Source: an uncultured Clostridia bacterium (GTDB lineage Bacteria; Bacillota; Clostridia; TANB77; CAG-508). Taken from it: a stretch of DNA of 64,000 bases. The position numbers and the translations under genes are program-made. Below the pieces are notes generated by a model. The model saw only the letters and a program-made list of their open reading frames with translations, did not search any database and was not told the DNA's origin. The stretch spans positions 662-64,661 of the forward strand of contig CALXEV010000003.1 of assembly GCA_944387425.1 (NCBI GenBank). Reading direction: 5' to 3'. This document shows, in pieces, positions 48,268-58,204 of the stretch (position 1 is the stretch's first letter; each line of letters opens with the position of its first letter).

Positions 48268-48939
48268 ATGAAAAAAGTAGGAAATATTTTGTGGGGACTA
48301 GTATTCATAGTATTAGGACTAATATTTGGTTTAAATGCACTAGGAATCACAGATATAAATATATTCTTTAGAGGCTGGTGGACTTTAATCATTATAATAC
48401 CTAGTTTAATAGGAGTAATAAAAGATAGTACAAAGTTTAGTAACTATATTTGGTTACTATTAGGAATAGTATTATTTTTGACTGCACAAGGTATATTAGA
48501 TATAAATAAAGTTGGAAAATTAATATTCCCAGCAATATTAGTTTGTATAGGAATTGCAATAATATTTAAAGATACGATAAGTACAAAAACAAATGATAAG
48601 ATAAAAGAGTTAAATAAAGATGATAAAGAAGAATATTATGCAACTTTTTCGTCAGAAAAAATCACTTTTTCAGGAGCAGAATTTAAAGGTGTTACATTAA
48701 ATTCAATATTTGGTGGAATGGATTTAGATTTAAGAGGAGCTAAAATAGAACAAGACCAAATTATAAATGCAACAGCAGTTTTTGGTGGAATAGATATTTT
48801 CGTGCCAGATGATGTAAATGTAAAAGTAAAATCAACTTCAATATTTGGAGGAATTAGCAACAAATCACAAGAAAAAGAAAATCGACCAACAATATATGTA
48901 AAAGGATTTTGTTTATTCGGAGGAGTTGAAGTAAAATGA
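48268..48939 (+). CDS. LiaF-like (cell wall-active antibiotic response, DUF2154) membrane protein
   Basis: Four TM helices are followed by repeated FGG segments (IFGGMDLDLRGA, VFGGIDIFVP, IFGGISNK, LFGGVEV). Confidence 0.75.
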   Translation: MKKVGNILWGLVFIVLGLIFGLNALGITDINIFFRGWWTLIIIIPSLIGVIKDSTKFSNYIWLLLGIVLFLTAQGILDINKVGKLIFPAILVCIGIAIIFKDTISTKTNDKIKELNKDDKEEYYATFSSEKITFSGAEFKGVTLNSIFGGMDLDLRGAKIEQDQIINATAVFGGIDIFVPDDVNVKVKSTSIFGGISNKSQEKENRPTIYVKGFCLFGGVEVK

Positions 48940-49697
48940 GAAACTTTCAAAAAATAATAAAATATGCTGCTATTGCATTTGGACTTTATCTTGCAGTAAT
49001 GATAATAGGAATAATAGTATCTGTAGTTCTAGCAATAACAACAGGAATATATGGAGTAAAAGTTATAACAGAACAGTCAAATGTACAAGAAATTGATTGG
49101 TCAGAGAAATTTGAAGAATTTACTGAGCTAGATATTGAAGTAGGAGTTGCTAATTTATCAATAATTGCAGAAGGGGAAGAATATAGAGTTGAAACTTATG
49201 ACATTCCTGAAAATGCAATAATAGAAAATAGAAATGGCAAATTAGAAATCAAAGATAAATCTACAATTTTTAGGAGTGGAGAAAGTCGAATAATTGTATA
49301 TATACCAGAAAATACAACTTTAAGAAAAGTAGATTTAGAATTAGGAGCAGGAAATGTTGGTATTGACAATCTAAAAGCAGAAACAGCAAACATTGAATGT
49401 GGTGCTGGTCAAGTAACAATAAGAAATACAGAACTAGCAAATGCCGATATAGATGCAGGAGTAGGAAAATTAGAATTTTCTGGAACACTAAAAGGAAAAA
49501 CAGAAGTGAATTGTGGAATCGGAGAAGTAGTAATAGACCTTCAAGGTGGTAGTGAAATATACACTTTAGATGTTGAAAAAGGAATAGGAGATATAAGTGT
49601 AAACGGAGAAAGTGTTTCAAGCAAAACAGTTATAGGCAACGGAGAAAATAAATTATCAATTGAAGGTGGAATTGGAAAAATTTCAATAAATATGTAA
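48936..49697 (+). CDS. DUF4097 (LiaG-like putative adhesin) protein, membrane anchored
   Basis: It has a TM helix and repetitive beta-strand units (LELGAGNVGI, IECGAGQVTI, IDAGVGKLEF, VNCGIGEVVI). The start overlaps the previous gene's stop (ATGA). Confidence 0.7.
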   Translation: MRNFQKIIKYAAIAFGLYLAVMIIGIIVSVVLAITTGIYGVKVITEQSNVQEIDWSEKFEEFTELDIEVGVANLSIIAEGEEYRVETYDIPENAIIENRNGKLEIKDKSTIFRSGESRIIVYIPENTTLRKVDLELGAGNVGIDNLKAETANIECGAGQVTIRNTELANADIDAGVGKLEFSGTLKGKTEVNCGIGEVVIDLQGGSEIYTLDVEKGIGDISVNGESVSSKTVIGNGENKLSIEGGIGKISINM

Positions 49698-49757
49698 TAA
49701 AAAAGAAAAAACCCCCATATACATTAATAAACAAAAAATGTAGAGGAGGTTTTTTCA

Positions 49758-51323
49758 ATGGACATAAACACAACAAAAGAAACTTTAAAAGTCAATAGAA
49801 TAGTCTGTGAAAGAAAAGAAACAATAAATGTACAAGGTGATATGATAGTTCCAGATTCTAAACCAGATATATTAAGTACAATAAATACAACTGGAAATGT
49901 ATGCATATATAAAAAAGACGTAATGGAAGGGAAAGTAAGACTAGATGGAAATATATTAACATATATCATGTATTTAGCAGATGGAGAAGCTGATAATGTA
50001 AGAGGACTAAGTACAGGATTAGATTTTTCAGAGACAATTAATATTCCAGAACTTGAATTAGGCATGGATGTAGCTATATCAACATCCATAAAATTTATAG
50101 AATGTAAAATTTTAAACGGAAGAAAAATAGGAATAAAAGTAACACTAGATGTTAGTTTGAAGGTTAGTTCTAAAGAAGAAGCGGAAATTGTAACAGACAT
50201 GAACAATCAAGATATACAAGTTTTAAGACAATTAATGAATATAAACTCTATCATAGGAGAAGGAAGTACAAAAGCCAATGTTAAAGAAAATATATCTATT
50301 CCAAGTACAGATAATTTAGTAGAAATATTAAATGCACAAATGTGTTTGGTAGATAAAGATATAAAAATTAGTTATAATAAAATCATTGCAAAATCAGAAG
50401 TAGAAATAAAATTAGTATATTTAACAGAAGATGGAAGAATTTGTGTATCACAAAATAGACTTCCATTAGTAGGTTTTATAGATACGCCAGATGTAAAAGA
50501 AGAAAACATTTGTGAAACAACATTTATGCTAAAAAATATATTGATAAAACCAAATTCAATGGAAGAACATACTGTATATATTGAGTTGGAAGTAGAAATT
50601 TCTTGTACAACATTTGAAGAAAGAGAAATTCAAGTAATAAAAGACATGTATTGCCCAGGAGAAAAAATGCAATTTGATACATGTATGCTAAATACTATGA
50701 CAAATAAGAGCCGTCAGAAAAACTTATGTGAGATAAGAGAAAATATTAATGTTCCAGAATTATCAGAAGGAGAAATAATAGATGTAACCGTAGAGCCAAC
50801 TATCACAAAAGAAAACAGATTAAATAATAAAATTATATTTGAAGGCGAACTTGAGTTAAATTTGTTATTTACAGATAAATCATCAGTTGGAGTAAATACA
50901 AAAAAATTTACAATACCATTTGAACAAACAGTAGATAATATAGAAGTTTCTGAAAATTGCAAAATTAATTCTCAAATAGAAGTAGCTAAAAAAGAATTTA
51001 CAAATAATGCGGGAACAATGAATGTTAATATTGATTTGAATTTTGAAACATCTACATCACAAAACTTAGCAATACCAGTTATAAATAATATTACAGCAGT
51101 GGAAGAAGACTTTTTAGAAGATTATAGTGTAATAATATATGTTGTAAGAAGTGGCGATACTTTGTGGAAAATTGCAAAAAGATTTGGTAGTACAGTAGAC
51201 GATATTGTAAGAGTAAATGGAATTGAAAGACCAGATAAAATAAATGTGGGAGAAAAAATATATATCCCTAAATATGTATTAAAAAGAGCCAAAGAACCAA
51301 TTACATTAAAACAAAATGTATAA
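49758..51323 (+). CDS. DUF3794-repeat protein with a C-terminal LysM domain (sporulation-associated type)
   Basis: The C-terminal LysM is YVVRSGDTLWKIAKRFGSTVDDIVRVNGI..GEKIYIP. The N-terminal repetitive region is typical of DUF3794 by my recollection. Confidence 0.7.
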   Translation: MDINTTKETLKVNRIVCERKETINVQGDMIVPDSKPDILSTINTTGNVCIYKKDVMEGKVRLDGNILTYIMYLADGEADNVRGLSTGLDFSETINIPELELGMDVAISTSIKFIECKILNGRKIGIKVTLDVSLKVSSKEEAEIVTDMNNQDIQVLRQLMNINSIIGEGSTKANVKENISIPSTDNLVEILNAQMCLVDKDIKISYNKIIAKSEVEIKLVYLTEDGRICVSQNRLPLVGFIDTPDVKEENICETTFMLKNILIKPNSMEEHTVYIELEVEISCTTFEEREIQVIKDMYCPGEKMQFDTCMLNTMTNKSRQKNLCEIRENINVPELSEGEIIDVTVEPTITKENRLNNKIIFEGELELNLLFTDKSSVGVNTKKFTIPFEQTVDNIEVSENCKINSQIEVAKKEFTNNAGTMNVNIDLNFETSTSQNLAIPVINNITAVEEDFLEDYSVIIYVVRSGDTLWKIAKRFGSTVDDIVRVNGIERPDKINVGEKIYIPKYVLKRAKEPITLKQNV

Positions 51324-52041
51324 GATTTATTCAAGAAAAAGATTTATATTAAAGCCTTTTTCTACAATAAATTCAAAAAAACCTAGTCCACAAAAAACAA
51401 GACAAAAGAAGAAATTAATTATTTTGCTAACTATATTAACAATTATAGCTATAATAATAAGAGCAGTTTTAAATTATATAGAGCCAATATTTGAAGCAAT
51501 GTGCGAAGAAAAAGTAAAATCAATAGCAACAATAATTACAAATCAACAATCAACAATAGTCATGAATACCTTTAAATATGAAGAATTATATACAATAGAA
51601 AAAGATGAAACTGGGAATACTCTTATAAGAGCAAATGTGGTTCCTATTAATAACTTAATTTCAGATTTAACCGAAAGAATACAAAATGAATTTAATAAAG
51701 TAGAAGAGCCAGAAATAACAATTCCGGTTGGTGCACTCTCAGGATTATATTTTTTATCAGGAGCAGGACCTAATATTTCAATTAAAATTTCAGTTACAGG
51801 TACAGTAGATACTGATATAAAAAGTGAATTTATTGCACAAGGAATTAATCAAACTTTGCATAGAGTATATGTAGTATTTGATTGTAATATGAAAATAATA
51901 ACACCAACTAAAACATATGAAAAACAAGTGTTAAATCAGGTAATAATTGCTGAAAATGTTATTGTTGGAAACATACCAGATTCTTATTATAATTTAGAAG
52001 GATTTTCAAGTCCTGGAGAAACATTAGATTTAATTCATTAA
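51316..52041 (+). CDS. yunB: Sporulation protein YunB
   Basis: It has an N-terminal TM helix plus IPVGALSGLYFLSGAGPNISIKI and INQTLHRVYV. Confidence 0.8.
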   Translation: MYKIYSRKRFILKPFSTINSKKPSPQKTRQKKKLIILLTILTIIAIIIRAVLNYIEPIFEAMCEEKVKSIATIITNQQSTIVMNTFKYEELYTIEKDETGNTLIRANVVPINNLISDLTERIQNEFNKVEEPEITIPVGALSGLYFLSGAGPNISIKISVTGTVDTDIKSEFIAQGINQTLHRVYVVFDCNMKIITPTKTYEKQVLNQVIIAENVIVGNIPDSYYNLEGFSSPGETLDLIH

Positions 52042-52167
52042 AAAACTTAGAAGCAAAACTTCTAGGTTTTTTCAGTTATATCAAAAAATAATACATTTAT
52101 TACAAAAAAAGGAATTTTTATAGATTAAAAAATGGGAGTATAGTATAATAGAATAAAGGAGGTACCA

Positions 52168-52635
52168 ATGAAAATAAAAATAAATACCCAAATAGATAGT
52201 AAATTAGAAAATGACGAAATAGAAATAACAATAAAAGCACCACAGAATTCTGAGATGTTAAATAAAATTATAGAAAACATACAAGCAACATCTGAAAACA
52301 TAGATACAATAGTTGGTACAAGACAAAACAATGTATCTATAATAAATACACAAGATGTAATATGTTTTTTTAGTGAAGCACAAAATAATTATTGTAAAAC
52401 CCAAAATGGAAATTTCAAAATAAAAAAGAAATTATATGAATTAGAAGATTGTCTAGACAAAAAATCTTTTATAAGGATATCAAATTCATGTATAGTAAAT
52501 ATCAAACATGTTGAATGTTTTGATTTAAGTAAAATAGGAAACATAGTCGTAAAATTTCTTGATGGAAGCACTGAATTTGTATCCAAAAGAAGAATTTCAA
52601 ATGTTATGAAATTCTTAAGAGAAAGGGGGAATTAG
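52168..52635 (+). CDS. Stand-alone LytTR-domain DNA-binding protein
   Basis: The LytTR pattern is present (FIRISNSCIVNIKHVECFD, VKFLDGSTEFVSKRR). There is no receiver domain. Confidence 0.8.
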   Translation: MKIKINTQIDSKLENDEIEITIKAPQNSEMLNKIIENIQATSENIDTIVGTRQNNVSIINTQDVICFFSEAQNNYCKTQNGNFKIKKKLYELEDCLDKKSFIRISNSCIVNIKHVECFDLSKIGNIVVKFLDGSTEFVSKRRISNVMKFLRERGN

Positions 52636-52637
52636 AT

Positions 52638-53810
52638 ATGAAAAAGACATTGAAAAACATTATTATATGTATATGCATAATTTATTTCATTCTAAGTTTA
52701 AGCTCTTTACTAATTACTAAAGAATTAATTCACGAAGCATGGTTATCTATTATGGATTTACAAAATGAAGACGAAGTGACAACAATAAGAGAAGGTTACG
52801 ACAAAATGGAAAGTCTTATTAACATAAACTTGACAATATTAGGAACGTCTACATTAATAGGAACAATGTTAGGGTTACTAATATCAATAAAAGAAAGTTC
52901 AATAAAAAGATATATTGTATATTTTATAGTCGGGTTTGTTGTGTATAGTTTGATATGGACAGGAGTAAATTATCTGGTGAACTTAGGGGCAGAAAATGGC
53001 AAATATGTAAAATTTATTGGACTATATCAAGAAATTTTAAAACCAGTGATAATATCATATATTATGCTTTATGTTGCAGTTGTTTCAGGAATTATAATAT
53101 ATAATAAAAATAAAGTAAAAGAGTTAAATGAAACATTGAATAATAAAGATAATAAAATTGAAAAAGAAGGAAAATTACAAAACAGAATTAAATTAAAAAC
53201 AGTAATAAAAATTGTAATAGTAATGGTAGTTTTAGGAATATGTATATTTGTAGCAATAATAACAAGAAAAACAACAATACTTATAAAATATTGTGAAAAA
53301 ATAGCAGAAATTAATAATAGTAATAACTATTATATGAAAGATGAATGGGGTACGGGAGGAGCTACTGAAAGGTATTATAAAGATGGAATAATTGTAATTA
53401 AAGAAGAAAATGAAATAAAGTATGGAAATGGAAAAACAAAAGAGTGGTTGACATATAATTTGGCTAACAAAACAGTTACAGATGGTTCAGAATACTTAAC
53501 TGATGAGGTTTGGAACTCTATTATTACAATAAGAAATGATATAACAGGAAATAACAGATATGTTGGAAAATTAATGCTATTATTAAGATCATTTGAAATG
53601 AAAATATATACAGAAGAAGTGGATGGCAGAGAATGTTATGTATTTGATTATAAAAGAAGTGATAGAAAATTATACATAGATAAAGAAACATTCTTAGAAC
53701 TTAAAAGTGTAAGTTATGATTCATTACGTAAAGAAGAAAGTGTATTAAATTATACATATGAAATAGGAACAGTTACAGATGAAGATGTAGCAAAACCAGT
53801 ATTTGATTAA
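52638..53810 (+). CDS. Multi-TM membrane protein with a C-terminal extracytoplasmic domain, coupled to the LytTR gene
   Basis: It starts 3 nt after the LytTR stop. It has about five TM helices and a ~170-aa soluble C-terminal domain. I recognise no family. Confidence 0.6.
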   Translation: MKKTLKNIIICICIIYFILSLSSLLITKELIHEAWLSIMDLQNEDEVTTIREGYDKMESLININLTILGTSTLIGTMLGLLISIKESSIKRYIVYFIVGFVVYSLIWTGVNYLVNLGAENGKYVKFIGLYQEILKPVIISYIMLYVAVVSGIIIYNKNKVKELNETLNNKDNKIEKEGKLQNRIKLKTVIKIVIVMVVLGICIFVAIITRKTTILIKYCEKIAEINNSNNYYMKDEWGTGGATERYYKDGIIVIKEENEIKYGNGKTKEWLTYNLANKTVTDGSEYLTDEVWNSIITIRNDITGNNRYVGKLMLLLRSFEMKIYTEEVDGRECYVFDYKRSDRKLYIDKETFLELKSVSYDSLRKEESVLNYTYEIGTVTDEDVAKPVFD

Positions 53811-53816
53811 ACACCA

Positions 53817-53848
53817 AAAAACCTCGGAAATAAAATTCCGAGGTTTTA
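53817..53848. terminator. Bidirectional hairpin terminator shared with rpsI
   Basis: cctcggaa (53822-53829) pairs with ttccgagg (53836-53843). It is flanked by an A-run and a T-run. Confidence 0.85.
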
Positions 53849-53854
53849 TAAATA

Positions 53855-54256
53855 CTATCTCTTTGAGAATTGTGGTGCTTTTCTTGCTTTTTTAAGACCG
53901 TATTTTTTTCTTTCTTTCATACGTGGATCTCTTGTTAAGAATCCATTAGCTTTTAAAACAGGTCTATATTCTGAATTAGCTTCATTTAAAGCTCTAGCAA
54001 TACCATGTCTAATAGCTCCAGCTTGACCAGAAACTCCACCACCATGTACAGAACAAATAACATCATATTTTGATAATGTATTTGTAGCTGTTAATGGTTG
54101 TCTAACAATAACTTTTAAAGTTTCTAAATCTAAGAATTCATCTATATCTTTACCATTAATAGTAATTTTTCCTGTTCCTTCTACTAATCTAACTCTAGCT
54201 ATTGAACTTTTTCTTCTACCTGTACCGTTGTATACTATCTTATTTGACTTAGCCAT
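53855..54256 (-). CDS. rpsI: 30S ribosomal protein S9
   Basis: [14 protein letters not shown] and the C-terminal [12 protein letters not shown] are present. Confidence 0.97.
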   Translation of the reverse strand: MAKSNKIVYNGTGRRKSSIARVRLVEGTGKITINGKDIDEFLDLETLKVIVRQPLTATNTLSKYDVICSVHGGGVSGQAGAIRHGIARALNEANSEYRPVLKANGFLTRDPRMKERKKYGLKKARKAPQFSKR

Positions 54257-54275
54257 TATTATAGTTCCTCCTTAA

Positions 54276-54710
54276 TTAAAAATTCCAATTTTCTGGTTTT
54301 TGTGCTTGAAGATTATGTTCGCTTCCAGCAAATACTCTTAATTTTGTTGCCATTTTTCTACCTAAAGAATTATGTGGTAACATTCCTTTTACAGCTAATA
54401 ACATAGCTTTTTCAGGATTTTTTTCAAGCATAACTGCTGCTGGAGTTTCTTTCATTCCTCCAATATAACCTGAATGATGTCTGTAAATTTTAGAATTCAT
54501 TTTATTTCCTGTTAATACAACATCTTTACAATTGATAATAATAACATTATCACCTGTATCAATATTTGGTGTGAAAGTTGGTTTATGTTTTCCTCTTAAT
54601 AATCTAGCTGCTTCTGTTGCAACTCTACCTAATGGTTTGTTAGCAGCATCAATTATATACCATTTTCTTTCAACTGTTTCTTTTTTTGCACTATATGTAA
54701 CGTTATTCAT
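54276..54710 (-). CDS. rplM: 50S ribosomal protein L13
   Basis: [34 protein letters not shown] is present. Confidence 0.97.
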   Translation of the reverse strand: MNNVTYSAKKETVERKWYIIDAANKPLGRVATEAARLLRGKHKPTFTPNIDTGDNVIIINCKDVVLTGNKMNSKIYRHHSGYIGGMKETPAAVMLEKNPEKAMLLAVKGMLPHNSLGRKMATKLRVFAGSEHNLQAQKPENWNF

Positions 54711-54969
54711 GGTAATATTTACCCTCCTATTTATTTATATCTAATTTATTTATATGAAATTTAAATCTAAAACTACCGGGGAGAAGTTTCATATTTAAAT
54801 CATATCCTAACATAATACCCAATAATTTTAATACAAAAAGCGTAATTTGTCAATAAAATTGGCAAAAGTTATTGATAAATTTTGCAAAAATATATATAAT
54901 GTTTAAGCAATAATTAATAAAAATGGGATAAAAAACATAAAATTTAATATAAATTAATATGGAGGGAAT

Positions 54970-56589
54970 ATGGCAAAAGGAGCAGTAAGAAAAGAAAGTT
55001 TTATGCAAGGTGTGGTAACAATAATGTTCTCACAGATTGCAATAAAAGTTTTAGGATTAATATATACATTATATTTAACAAATAGAGATGGTTTTGGAGA
55101 TGCTGGAAATGCAATATATGCAAGTGGATATCAAATATATGCATTATTACTTACAATATCGTCAATAGGAGTTCCAAATGCAATTTCAAAATTAGTAGCA
55201 GAAAGATTAGCTATAGGAGATAATAGAGGTGCAAACAAAATATTTAAAGTTGCACTTGCAACATTCGGCTGTATAGGAGCAATAGGAACAATGCTATTAT
55301 TTTTTGGTGCACACACAATATCATATAGTTGGCTACAAATTCCTGAATCTGAATTAACATTAATTGCTTTATCACCTGCAATATTTTTTGTATCTATTTC
55401 TTCTGTATTTAGAGGATATTTTAATGGAAGAAGAAGTTTAAAAACAACAGCAAGAGCACAAACTCTTGAACAAATATTTAAAACAGTATTAACTATTATT
55501 ATTGTGGAAATAGTAGCACATATCACATCAACATCAACAGAACTAATGGCTGCAGGAGCAACAATAGCAACAACAATAGCAACATTTTCAAGCTTTGCTT
55601 ATTTGTTTATTTATTATAGAATAAGAAGAAGAGAAATCGGAAACGAAATACAACAATCAATAAATTATAAATATGAGAATGTAAAAACTATAATAAGAAG
55701 AATATTGATGGTGTCAATACCATTAACATTAAGCTCAATAATGACATCATTTAATAAAAATATAGATTCTTTTACAGTAAAAAGAATTTTAAGTACATAT
55801 ATGGCTTCTGATACAGCACAGACTCTTTATGGACAACTGGCAGGAAAGGTAGATACATTAACTAATTTACCACTTGCTATAAATATAGCTTTTGCAACAG
55901 CATTAGTACCTGCAATATCATCAGCAAAAGCAAAAAATGACAAAGAAACAGCAACAAAAAGAACATCATTTTCATTATTAACATCAATGTTAATTGGATT
56001 GCCTTGTGTTATAGGAATGATTATTTTTGCACAGCCGATATTAAACTTATTATATCCAAATGCAAATGAAGGTGCTTTGCTATTACAATTAATTTCTATA
56101 TCAGTAATATTTTCAATATTAGATCAAACAATAAATGGAGCATTACAAGGCTTTGGAAAAGTCATTGTTCCAGCAATTGCTCTTGGAGTTGGTTGTATAG
56201 TAAAATTGATTTTGAATTTAATATTATTACGAATACCAACTTTAAATGTATATGGAGCTGCAATTGGTTCAATAGCATGCCATGCAGTTGCTTTTACTAT
56301 AGTATTTAATGTATTAAAGAAATATGTAAAATTAGACTTACCATTTAGAAAGTTTGTACTAAAACCAGCATTAGCGACAGCGATTATGGGTGTATGCTCA
56401 TATACAATATTTTTAGTTTTAAATAGTATAATTCCTGGAAATAAGGCAACAATAATATCAATGTTATCAGCTGTAGCAATATATTTAATGTCAGTGATAG
56501 CACTAAAAATTTATAATAAAGAGGACATTTATATGTTACCAAAAGGTCAAAAAATCTATGAATTTTTAGAAAGAATAAAAATATATTAA
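54970..56589 (+). CDS. MOP-superfamily flippase (SpoVB / MurJ-like polysaccharide biosynthesis protein)
   Basis: This 539-aa protein has about 14 TM helices and an N-terminus (FMQGVVTIMFSQIAIKVLGLIYTLYLTN) typical of SpoVB-type proteins. Confidence 0.8.
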   Translation: MAKGAVRKESFMQGVVTIMFSQIAIKVLGLIYTLYLTNRDGFGDAGNAIYASGYQIYALLLTISSIGVPNAISKLVAERLAIGDNRGANKIFKVALATFGCIGAIGTMLLFFGAHTISYSWLQIPESELTLIALSPAIFFVSISSVFRGYFNGRRSLKTTARAQTLEQIFKTVLTIIIVEIVAHITSTSTELMAAGATIATTIATFSSFAYLFIYYRIRRREIGNEIQQSINYKYENVKTIIRRILMVSIPLTLSSIMTSFNKNIDSFTVKRILSTYMASDTAQTLYGQLAGKVDTLTNLPLAINIAFATALVPAISSAKAKNDKETATKRTSFSLLTSMLIGLPCVIGMIIFAQPILNLLYPNANEGALLLQLISISVIFSILDQTINGALQGFGKVIVPAIALGVGCIVKLILNLILLRIPTLNVYGAAIGSIACHAVAFTIVFNVLKKYVKLDLPFRKFVLKPALATAIMGVCSYTIFLVLNSIIPGNKATIISMLSAVAIYLMSVIALKIYNKEDIYMLPKGQKIYEFLERIKIY

Positions 56590-56709
56590 AATTTTATATA
56601 AAAAAAGGAGGATTTTAATATATTTTGGAGAATAAGATAAAATAGAAGTACAGATATTGTAAAACTACAATAGAGGTACATATACAAAATTTATAGGAGG
56701 TAATGTATA

Positions 56710-56985
56710 ATGAACAAAGCTGAATTAGTAGCAGCTATCGCTGCAAAAACAGGTGAATCAAAAAAAGCAACAGAAGTAGCAGTTAACGCATTCGTAGAAG
56801 TTGTAGCTGATGCATTAAAAGGAGGAGACAAAGTTCAATTAGTTGGATTTGGTTCTTTCGAAGTTAGAAAAAGAGCTGCTAGAAAAGGTAGAAATCCTCA
56901 AACAAAAGAAGAAATAAAAATACCTGCATCTAAAGCCCCAGTATTCAAAGCTGGTAAAGCATTAAAAGATTTAGTAAACGGATAA
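56710..56985 (+). CDS. hup: DNA-binding protein HU
   Basis: MNKAELVAAIA..GFGSFEVRKRAARKGRNPQT is present. Confidence 0.95.
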   Translation: MNKAELVAAIAAKTGESKKATEVAVNAFVEVVADALKGGDKVQLVGFGSFEVRKRAARKGRNPQTKEEIKIPASKAPVFKAGKALKDLVNG

Positions 56986-57013
56986 TAATTATAAAAATAT
57001 ATAAATATATGAG

Positions 57014-57045
57014 AAGAGCTAGTGTAAAACTAGCTCTTTTTTTCA
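57014..57045. terminator. Bidirectional terminator after hup
   Basis: aagagctag (57014-57022) pairs with ctagctctt (57030-57038), followed by a T-run. Confidence 0.8.
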
Positions 57046-57200
57046 GGTTTATTTTTTGGTACAATTATATTTTTTGGGTTTTTGTCTTTTGATTTTGGCT
57101 TAGCTGCACTAATATGTTCATATACAGGTGATATCTCTAAATTTGAACCATCACCACTAATAACTTCAATTTCAGGTTTTGTATCATTTTCTTCAGACAT
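57030..57200 (-). CDS. 56-aa hypothetical protein (acidic N-terminal half, Lys/Pro-rich C-terminal half)
   Basis: I translated this by hand: MSEENDTKPEIEVISGDGSNLEISPVYEHISAAKPKSKDKNPKNIIVPKNKPEKKS. An aaggag SD lies 8 nt upstream. A plausible promoter is TTACAA, 16-nt spacer, TGgTAAAAT. It is below the ORF-track cutoff. Confidence 0.4.
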   Translation of the reverse strand: MSEENDTKPEIEVISGDGSNLEISPVYEHISAAKPKSKDKNPKNIIVPKNKPEKKS

Positions 57201-57334
57201 AAATGCCACTCCTTTTTCTTTTTTTATAATTTTACCATAAAAAGATAAAATTGTAAATAAAATTAAAATTAAAACTATTGATTTTATTGATAATATATAA
57301 GTATAAAAACAAAAGTTGAGAAAGAGGAATTTAA

Positions 57335-58075
57335 ATGTTCAAAGGAAAATCAGGAGTAACACTAATATCACTAGTTGTTACAATAATAGTTTTAATAATA
57401 TTAGCGAGTATATCAGTATATTCAGGATTAGCATCAATAAAAAGCAGTAGATACACTAGATTTCAAAATGAATTAGAAATAATGCAAGCACAAGTTAATC
57501 TATTATATGAGAGATATCAAGAACAAATATTAAAAGGAACAGAAATAACGGAAGTTGGAAAAGATATATCAATAGCAGATGCAAACAAGGTTTCAACAGC
57601 ATTTTCTGGAGCAGGAGAAACTGATAGTAGTGGATATAGATATTTTGATAAAGAAACAATAAGAAATCTTGAAATAGATGGAATAAACGGAGAATTTTTA
57701 GTAAATATTGCAACAAGGAATGTAATTTCTTTGGACGGATACGAATATGAAGGTATAAAATATTATACACTACAACAGATAAATGGAGAAAGTGCAGAAA
57801 TTGGTGGATTAGATAGAGGAAATATAACCGTTGGAAGTGTAACATATGAGGAAATGGAAAAAGGTTATAAAATAAAAATAGAAAATGTACAATGTTCTAA
57901 GTATTCTGGATGGTATAGTATAAAATATAGAGAAGAAAAAATGGGGATGTATTTAACACTTGAAAAAAGAGAAACAAATGCAAATTATGAATTTGAAGTA
58001 AAATCAGAAGGAACATATCACATTTTAATTACAGATTCTGCAGGAAAAACATACGAAACAACAATAGAGATATAG
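57335..58075 (+). CDS. Prepilin-like exported protein lacking Glu+5 (paralogue of 19985..20491)
   Basis: The N-terminus is MFKGKSG-VTLISLVVTIIVLIILASISVYSG. The shared post-TM helix is LEIMQAQ here and LLIQAK in the paralogue. Confidence 0.5.
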   Translation: MFKGKSGVTLISLVVTIIVLIILASISVYSGLASIKSSRYTRFQNELEIMQAQVNLLYERYQEQILKGTEITEVGKDISIADANKVSTAFSGAGETDSSGYRYFDKETIRNLEIDGINGEFLVNIATRNVISLDGYEYEGIKYYTLQQINGESAEIGGLDRGNITVGSVTYEEMEKGYKIKIENVQCSKYSGWYSIKYREEKMGMYLTLEKRETNANYEFEVKSEGTYHILITDSAGKTYETTIEI

Positions 58076-58112
58076 CTTTTAGGCTAATCTCTTATTTTTT
58101 TTGAATAAAATA

Positions 58113-58176
58113 TTGCAAACTTTAATAATATTATATATAATAAAAACAAATTCTAGAAATATAATTATATTTCTAG
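58113..58176 (+). promoter_or_regulatory. Promoter plus perfect 24-bp palindrome upstream of the symporter gene
   Basis: TTGCAA lies at 58113-58118, then a 17-nt spacer, then TATAAT at 58136-58141. The palindrome ctagaaatataattatatttctag lies at 58153-58176. Confidence 0.6.
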
Positions 58177-58204
58177 TTACCTTTAATTGAAAAGAGGTAG
58201 TATT

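Noticed and set aside
54711-54800. A possible ribosomal-protein L13 leader structure upstream of rplM (hairpin atatgaaa..tttcatat around ccggggag).
   Set aside because: I see only one modest stem, and I cannot recall the Rfam L13-leader consensus well enough to match it. I leave it uncalled; cmscan would decide.
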